A DNA stretch of 63,857 bases, filler included, from Collodictyon triciliatum (Eukaryota), in the NCBI GenBank assembly GCA_043381765.1. It is 5 parts of 5 records of this genome, joined end to end, with 100 filler letters (N's around TTAATTAATTAA, not from the genome) between each part and the next. Parts side by side here need not be neighbours in the genome. Positions count along the whole stretch, not along the records: positions 56,680 to 63,857 come from JBHJMP010002000.1; 4 more parts are not named here. One strand, given 5' to 3'. The position numbers were made by a program, and so were the translations under genes. Numbering within the stretch: the stretch's first letter is position 1; each line of letters begins with the position of its first letter. This document shows, in pieces, positions 56,680 through 63,857 of the stretch. The notes under the pieces are model-generated. The model had not been told where the DNA came from. It saw only the letters and a program-made list of their open reading frames with translations, and did no database searches.

Positions 56680-56990
56680 ACAGGCTGGATGACATCATAC
56701 AAATCTCTTTCCTCAATAGCTTTCTTCGCCACCTGCACGTTCTCTACTACTCCGACCCTGTGAGAAGAGACATGTGGAAAGAAGCTGAGAAAGATATTAA
56801 ACCTCGCCTTGTATCTCTCATGCAAGCACAAGACCCAGCCTACAGGCCAAGCCGCAGGATGCAATTCCTGATTACCGACTGCTTCTTCGCCACTCGGCCA
56901 CCAAGTAGCGCCCATGCAAACGATGGCTAGCGAACCAAAGCCATTTCAACATGTTCGGGAAAAGGAAGGATGAAAAAATAAAATGTAACA
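56680..56990 (+). mobile_element. LINE ORF2 C-terminus and 3' end, cut by the scaffold start
   Basis: Open frame 56682-56930 (RLDDIIQISFLNSFLRHLHVLYYSDPVRRDMWKEAEKDIKPRLVSLMQAQDPAYRPSRRMQFLITDCFFATRPPSSAHANDG*) is homologous to the 31815-31570 minus copy that follows the zf-RVT remnant. Confidence 0.85.
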
Positions 56991-57085
56991 TAACCCCTCT
57001 CTGCTCTTTAGCCAGCTCTTTAAGATAGAGGGTCGTGTCTGGAGTGGGTATCTTGGCAGAGTCACCAAATGAAAGGGGCTCTGCT

Positions 57086-60000
57086 TTAGTGGTATGAGTC
57101 GTAGAGAGTCATCACTGTGGTTGTTGCCTGCAGTTGCGCCGGTGTCACGGGAATGCGGCTCTTGAAGGTCAGTTGCAGGGGTTGCGATTGACTGTCTGGG
57201 GTCAGCAAGAAGCCATTGTCCGAAAAGAAACCTGCATACGCAGTCGACAGGAAGACATAATGCGCCATCGCACTGCAGCTGGCGGTGAAGCTGACCTGGT
57301 TGGGCCCTTGGGCAACAAAGTTGGAGAGAGACACAGTGGCCTTGGGCAGATTAGCCCCTTTGATAGGCGCGAATGTATGCCAGTTCTTTGCAACAGCAAG
57401 GGTGTTTGCAGATGCAGCAGCGTTTGGTGCTGCCTTCTGAGCAACAACCTCGGTTGCAGAAAAGACCAGGACATACTGGGAACGCGGCTGACCGCCGAGC
57501 AGGGTGTCGATGTCAGCCTCCCAAATCTTGCCGCTGCTTCCTGCGGCGACTGATAGTCCTGTCAAGTCCTGTGTCCAGACTTTGACCCCTGATGTTTGAT
57601 TTATCGAATTTAATAAACTGCCATCGGATGCGCGGAGATGTGCTCTAAAAAGAAAAAGGACAAACGAGGAGTGTTAGTTGTGTGTCAGATTTGATTAAAT
57701 GAGGCCTAATTGGTGAGGATTTACCGTCCCACGACCAAAGGGCAAGTTTCACATTCCATCGAGAATTAGCAACGCGGTCAGTAGTGAACCACACCTAATC
57801 GGTGAGCGTTTTTCTTTTAAAAAAACAGCGGTGTTGATGCTTTCGCTGTGCGAATAAACTTTCGTATTTACTTTCCAACCAAGAAAAAATTCCTCAGAAT
57901 CAAAGACAATTATTATGGGCGAAGTTATAATCGCTTACCTGGACGGAGTTGTTTTCTTCGCGGGATGAGATAAGGTCTTGGGCATAGAAGTTCTTGACAA
58001 AGTAATGGAGCCTGGGGAAAAAAAGAAGAGGTGATATTAGATATTAGATATATGGCTTGTTATCCGCTAATAAGCAAAATTCTTAATTACTTTGGGCATG
58101 TCAGTCTCTTATTTTTTTAAAGTCTCTTTACATTTTCCAGCGCCCCTTATACTCGACACTAGACCAGCTAGCACCCGGCCAGATATCATTCAACTAGAAA
58201 CGGTAAATGTGAAAAGAAAGTTATCTGGCTGAGGTGAAGGATGATATTTGATGGGACCTATATTTGGAGATTCTGTCAAAAGCGCGATTATATACCGACC
58301 TGCCAATAAACAGTTCCCATACAGTAAGGTTTGATGCGTCTCCAGTGCTCAACACCCAGCTTAATGGAAAGTGACTGAATGGCCTGATGCATTTTAAATT
58401 CTTTAGTCTTGATTACTTCTCTCTCTATCTTTCTTCTGAGAAAACTAAAATATAATAATAATTGGATGTAGCTTAAATATAAATCATATGATATATGTTG
58501 CTTGCAGTACTACCTGACCGATGTACAAATACTTTTCAAAGTTTGATGGGAATCTGAACTCTCTCATGGCTTGTTCAATTATTCCTCTGTTTCCAACAGC
58601 AGGGCTATGTGAATGATTGTGTAATAATTAGATAAAGTATATAAAAATTCTTAAAATTTACAAATATGCGGGTAAAATCAACATAACAAAAACCTTCGTT
58701 GGCGATACTCCATAGCTGGGGAGGTCACGTTGAAATCCTCTGGGTCATTCATAACCAGCCTCAAGGTTTCCATCGAGGGAAAAGACTGAAATAGTAATAA
58801 AATATTCAGGCTCCATCTCGTTTGAAAGGCTATGTCAAATAAGAGCACGTATGTGCTCAGACTTACTTGGAATCCAAACTCGGAGCAGAATCGAGTAATA
58901 ATCTTCTGGTACTCTGAGAAAGGCTTGCCGCCATGCCACACTTCCCAATAGTGAACATCTTGAAATTGATGAAATAATTATATATTGATGTCATCGACCT
59001 TACAAGAAATATCTCGAAAAAGGAACTGTAGATATTTTTAGTCTCAATTTTTCATTTAAGGGGCATAATGACTGCATTCGGACAATAGAGCTGCATTCGT
59101 ACCTCCTCTTGTGAGTTCATTTGGATTTCCCCATTCCTGGACTCCATTGCTTGGGGAGCTTGGCCAGAAAGGTCGTCCGACGTCCTCTTCAACAGCCTAC
59201 GTTTTTTTTTAAAAAAAAAGAAAAGAATTGAAAAGATCAATTATCACCATATAGTTGAGAGGTAAAGTAATAAAATCAGTGGTTTGAAATATTTATATAT
59301 AATTACCTTTCCAACAGTGTCGATGTAAAGTTTGGAGAAGTCTACAACGTATCGGCTTCGGTTCTGGCCAACCTCTGGGTACCAGGCGTCCACCACAGAC
59401 TATGACGGTGACCATAAAATCGTGCAATACCCATTTTTATTTAGAATAGACAGAGTAAAATAAAATCAGTACATAAATCATTCCTCAGGGGCATATATTG
59501 TATAATGTCCACATATAAAACCTGCTCATTCTCATTATTTGCACACCACAATACAATCGATGGGTGATGATTCAGACGTCGGGTTTGGTGCACTGCTTCA
59601 ATTTTGACATTTTCCAGGAAGGAATCGATGGCAGGGTACAACGCACAAGCGAACATAAAATCCTAATTACAAGAGTTGAAGCGTTGATTAAGCTGAATAA
59701 TTTGATAGGTTTGATGTGTACTGGTTTACAAGAAATACCAATCCATGACAAACCTGCCACAACATGACACCATTGGCATCGCATAGTTCATAGAAAAGTG
59801 GGGTCTCGTAGCGGGCTCCTCCCCAAACTCTAAGGATGTTGATGTTGGCCTCAACCACACACTGCATATAGTATCTCATATCATCCTCAGTAATGCGAGC
59901 GACGAAACAATCCCTTAAAAAAAAATTGGGTTGATAAATAGACACACGAGAAGATTCCTATATCTTTTATAAAAAAACATTTCATGCTAAGGAAAAAATG

Positions 60001-62506
60001 AGTTAGGTTTCCAATCATACCATGGGATCCAGTTGGCTCCTTTGCTGTAGACAGCCACTCCATTGACACGGAAGAAGAATGTTTCTCCATCGGATTCTTT
60101 CTCTCGGACAAGTTCTATCAATTTTATTCGGAGTATTGAATATATATAAATATATTAAAAAGGACGAAAATAAAGTTCCAACTACAGATGAACACAAGGA
60201 GCAATCGGTTTATTACATTTATTGATTAAAGAAATATATTCACATGAAAGAACATTCTCATTCACTCTTGAGCAGTCATATATGCATATCTTACCAACTT
60301 TTCGGAGTCCGATTTTTTGAGTGCTGGAATCGACCTCGACCCCATCAACAACCAGGGAAACGCTAAGGGTGTAAAGCGGGTGGCTTCCGAATCCAAGTGG
60401 CCACCTAGTCGTTGTTATTATATCATTATTATTTAAAAAAAAGGTGAAAAATAGGGTCGTGCTTCCCAGTGACGAAGCATATTCACGAAGTAAGAATGCG
60501 ACTGAACCAGACTTAAGAATAGAAATAAGAAATATAATTTTGCTTATTTGAACTCACCAAAGCTGAGGAGATGAAACGTTTAGAGAGGATAGGTACACAT
60601 TCTCTCCGGCTTTGAGGCTAACCGTAGTTGTCTTCGAGTCGACGGTGCGACCATCCGGAGCAGTGATTTTTGAGACAATATTTGCATTGCGGGCAGCCAA
60701 AGCGTCCACATAAGTCTGGACCAGAATAGAAACTTGATTTGCCTGGTGAGTTTGCTGATGGTTGACATAAGTCATGAATCCCGTGGAATAGCCAATAATT
60801 TTGGGGCTTTGGTGAAGTCCAACTTCAGGGAAGAAAGGTCCCCAATCCCAGCCGAAGTGGCAACCCGGCTTTCGAATGAGATTCCAGTGGGGGTCCTGCA
60901 ATAGAAATAATCCACAATTCAATGCAGCGGTTTTATTGAAATATATGACAAAATCATAAAATTGGCCCTTTATATTAAGATTTGTTGTGATACGTTTGTG
61001 AGCGAGAATGGGTAACTTGTTCTTGGAAGATGATAACGGGGGTATAATGATTCATGATAATGACCTGGTTGGGGTAACTCTGGTGTGGAATAGAGTAGGG
61101 CATTTGCGTAGCCTGTTGCTTGCAGTACTCGGTCGGAGAAGAGAAAACGAAGCGGATGGTATTGTCCCGAGCCTTCAACAGTCCAGCCGGGATAATATGG
61201 CGGTAGCGACGGAACATGTTTTCAAAAGTCCCAATCGAAGTATTGTTGATGAAAACTTCAGCTGTGGTGGTTATCGTCGTGCATGGATATGATAACAAAA
61301 ATGGAGCATTTTAAACGCAGCTCATCGAATATATCAAATTGCATGAAGATTGCCCGCTTTGTCAAAGATTGGAATAGGAGTAGATGCACTAACCAATCGT
61401 GTCCACCTCTTCGCAGATGAGCTCTATGCGGGGTTGAGACAGAATGTTCTCTGGAACATCGAAAGTGCGTGAGTAAGTCCACTGCGTCTGCAGAATCCAG
61501 CGCAACGGCTCCTCCTACAAATATTATAACTCATAAGAAAACACGTTCACCAACAAGAAAGAACCGCCGTATCTCCACAAAGCCACAAAAGCTGCCGCGT
61601 GGATTTCTTACATTGTGGTGATGGCAAGGGCACTTTAAGCAAAAGTCTGTTTTTTTTGTGCATGTGTGTGTGAGTGTGTTTGGGGAGGGAAAGTAAGATG
61701 ATTAACCTGGAAGTTGAGGAAGGGCTCATCAATAAGCTTATTATCAAGCAGAGCAATATGGACTAGCCCCCGATTATTTTTTTCATCAGAACATACAAAA
61801 ATCTAAAGTGAGTAGAGCGCGGTGGCGTCATTCGGCCATTATTCCAGAATAGGGCTTTTGACAACACGATGACAGGTCGCCTGCCATCCACTTGCCTCAC
61901 AACCACCAGAACCGCACGAAAGAAGGCGCCGATTTCAAAGAGGAGAAGAGAAACAAGACTAGGGAGACGGGCCAAAGACTCACCGGAGCCCGGGACAGTG
62001 GCCTGGACAGGATAGGCACGCGCATCTGTGAAGGCAGGGAGGGTTGTTGGCTGCAGCGACCAGGAGCCTGCCAAGTCGACGGCGGCGATGACTTTGGCGG
62101 GTGCGAGCTCGGCAAAGTCGAGTGGGGCTTCTGAGCGGAGAGAGTTGCTGCGGGAGAGGAAAACCGGGGACGAGGAGGAGCTGAACGAGGCATAAGTGGC
62201 ATTTGGGGCAGTCGCTGCGTGTGTGTTGCTTCCGTCCAGGGACGCGGTTGTTGTGTAGAACGGGACTTCGCTGGTGCGCGGCACGCTGAAGACGTCTGAG
62301 AGGCGCAGGGCGTTGGACGTTGCGATGGGAACTAATGCAATGGCGAATGATACTATGTGATATGCGGTGATATCAATTGCTTAGTTCTGATGGGGGGATC
62401 ACGAATGGGGTTTGGGGAACTCTGTTAAATGGTGATTCTCGGGGACAGCTAGAGTCCCGCGCTGCGTTGCATTCGATTGTCTGATGCTTGCGTGACAGAC
62501 TTTCAT
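57086..62506 (-). CDS. MANBA: Beta-mannosidase, glycoside hydrolase family 2, multi-exon
   Basis: ATVPGSVH, IRKPGCHFGWDWGP, LWWPLGFG.HPLY, VNGVAVYSKGANWIP, NILRVWGG, WQDFMFAC, HPSIVLWCANNE (acid/base), FWPSSP, GDVHYW, RFCSEFGFQS (nucleophile). The start at 62506 is inferred from a 10-nt first coding exon. Confidence 0.93.
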
Positions 62507-62994
62507 TGCGGGACGGTTCGCGAGCGTTCTCCTTGTCTTTGCAGGGTGACGTTCGTATGTTTATATGCGCGCCCGCTTTTCGTTTGTTTGGATTTGTTTG
62601 TTTTCTGTGAATCATTGGTTTTTTGGCCTGCTTTTGCGAACGAGAAGTGAAAGGTGTGCCTCGGTGATGCGAGGGGAAATGCGGCACTGCGGTATTGCGG
62701 GCAGACTCTATTTTCCATATATACTGGAACGCCACTTGTAGCGAAAGGTAGTTTGTCCCTGGCGGTTTCTGGTGGTGTCGTGTCGGTATGTGATTGGTCA
62801 CCACTTCAAAATGCGCTGTGGCGTCGTCTTCATGTGGAATTTAAATTTGTCATGCGTGCGCTGGATGAGGGAGCAGTTGAACAGGGGCAAAATTCTGGTG
62901 AATCTTTCGTTGCGGCGGTCTTTGGTGTTAAAAAAAATAATATGACAAACTTCATCGGGTTTATTGCGTTCTCTTTAACAGCTCTGGACCATAA

Positions 62995-63857
<863 letters not shown>

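Overview
Eukaryotic, intron-rich, AT-rich genomic DNA, probably from a mitochondriate protist (the taxon cannot be fixed from the sequence). The window is not one locus. Four 100-nt N44-TTAATTAATTAA-N44 spacers join five unrelated scaffolds of about 14.07 kb, ordered by decreasing length. Genes spliced by hand: CK2-alpha, a GPCR-PIP kinase fusion, glutamate-cysteine ligase modifier subunit, a CEP104-like TOG protein, a spastizin (ZFYVE26) lacking FYVE, two ankyrin-repeat genes, a signal-peptide and membrane-anchor 7-bladed WD40 protein, GH2 beta-mannosidase and mitochondrial adrenodoxin-type ferredoxin. Scaffold 3 (28352-42415) is nearly gene-free and holds decayed L1/Tx1-like LINE remnants and a NACHT-like NTPase-TPR pseudogene. 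The 3' end of that LINE family recurs four times on three scaffolds. Most notable: an apparently extracellular, surface-anchored WD40 propeller whose signal peptide is hidden by an intron; a GPCR-PIPK with an extra N-terminal TM helix; and relaxed splice signals (GC donors, GTT/GTC donors, AAG and poly-A acceptors). All family assignments are from recalled motifs; no database search was run.
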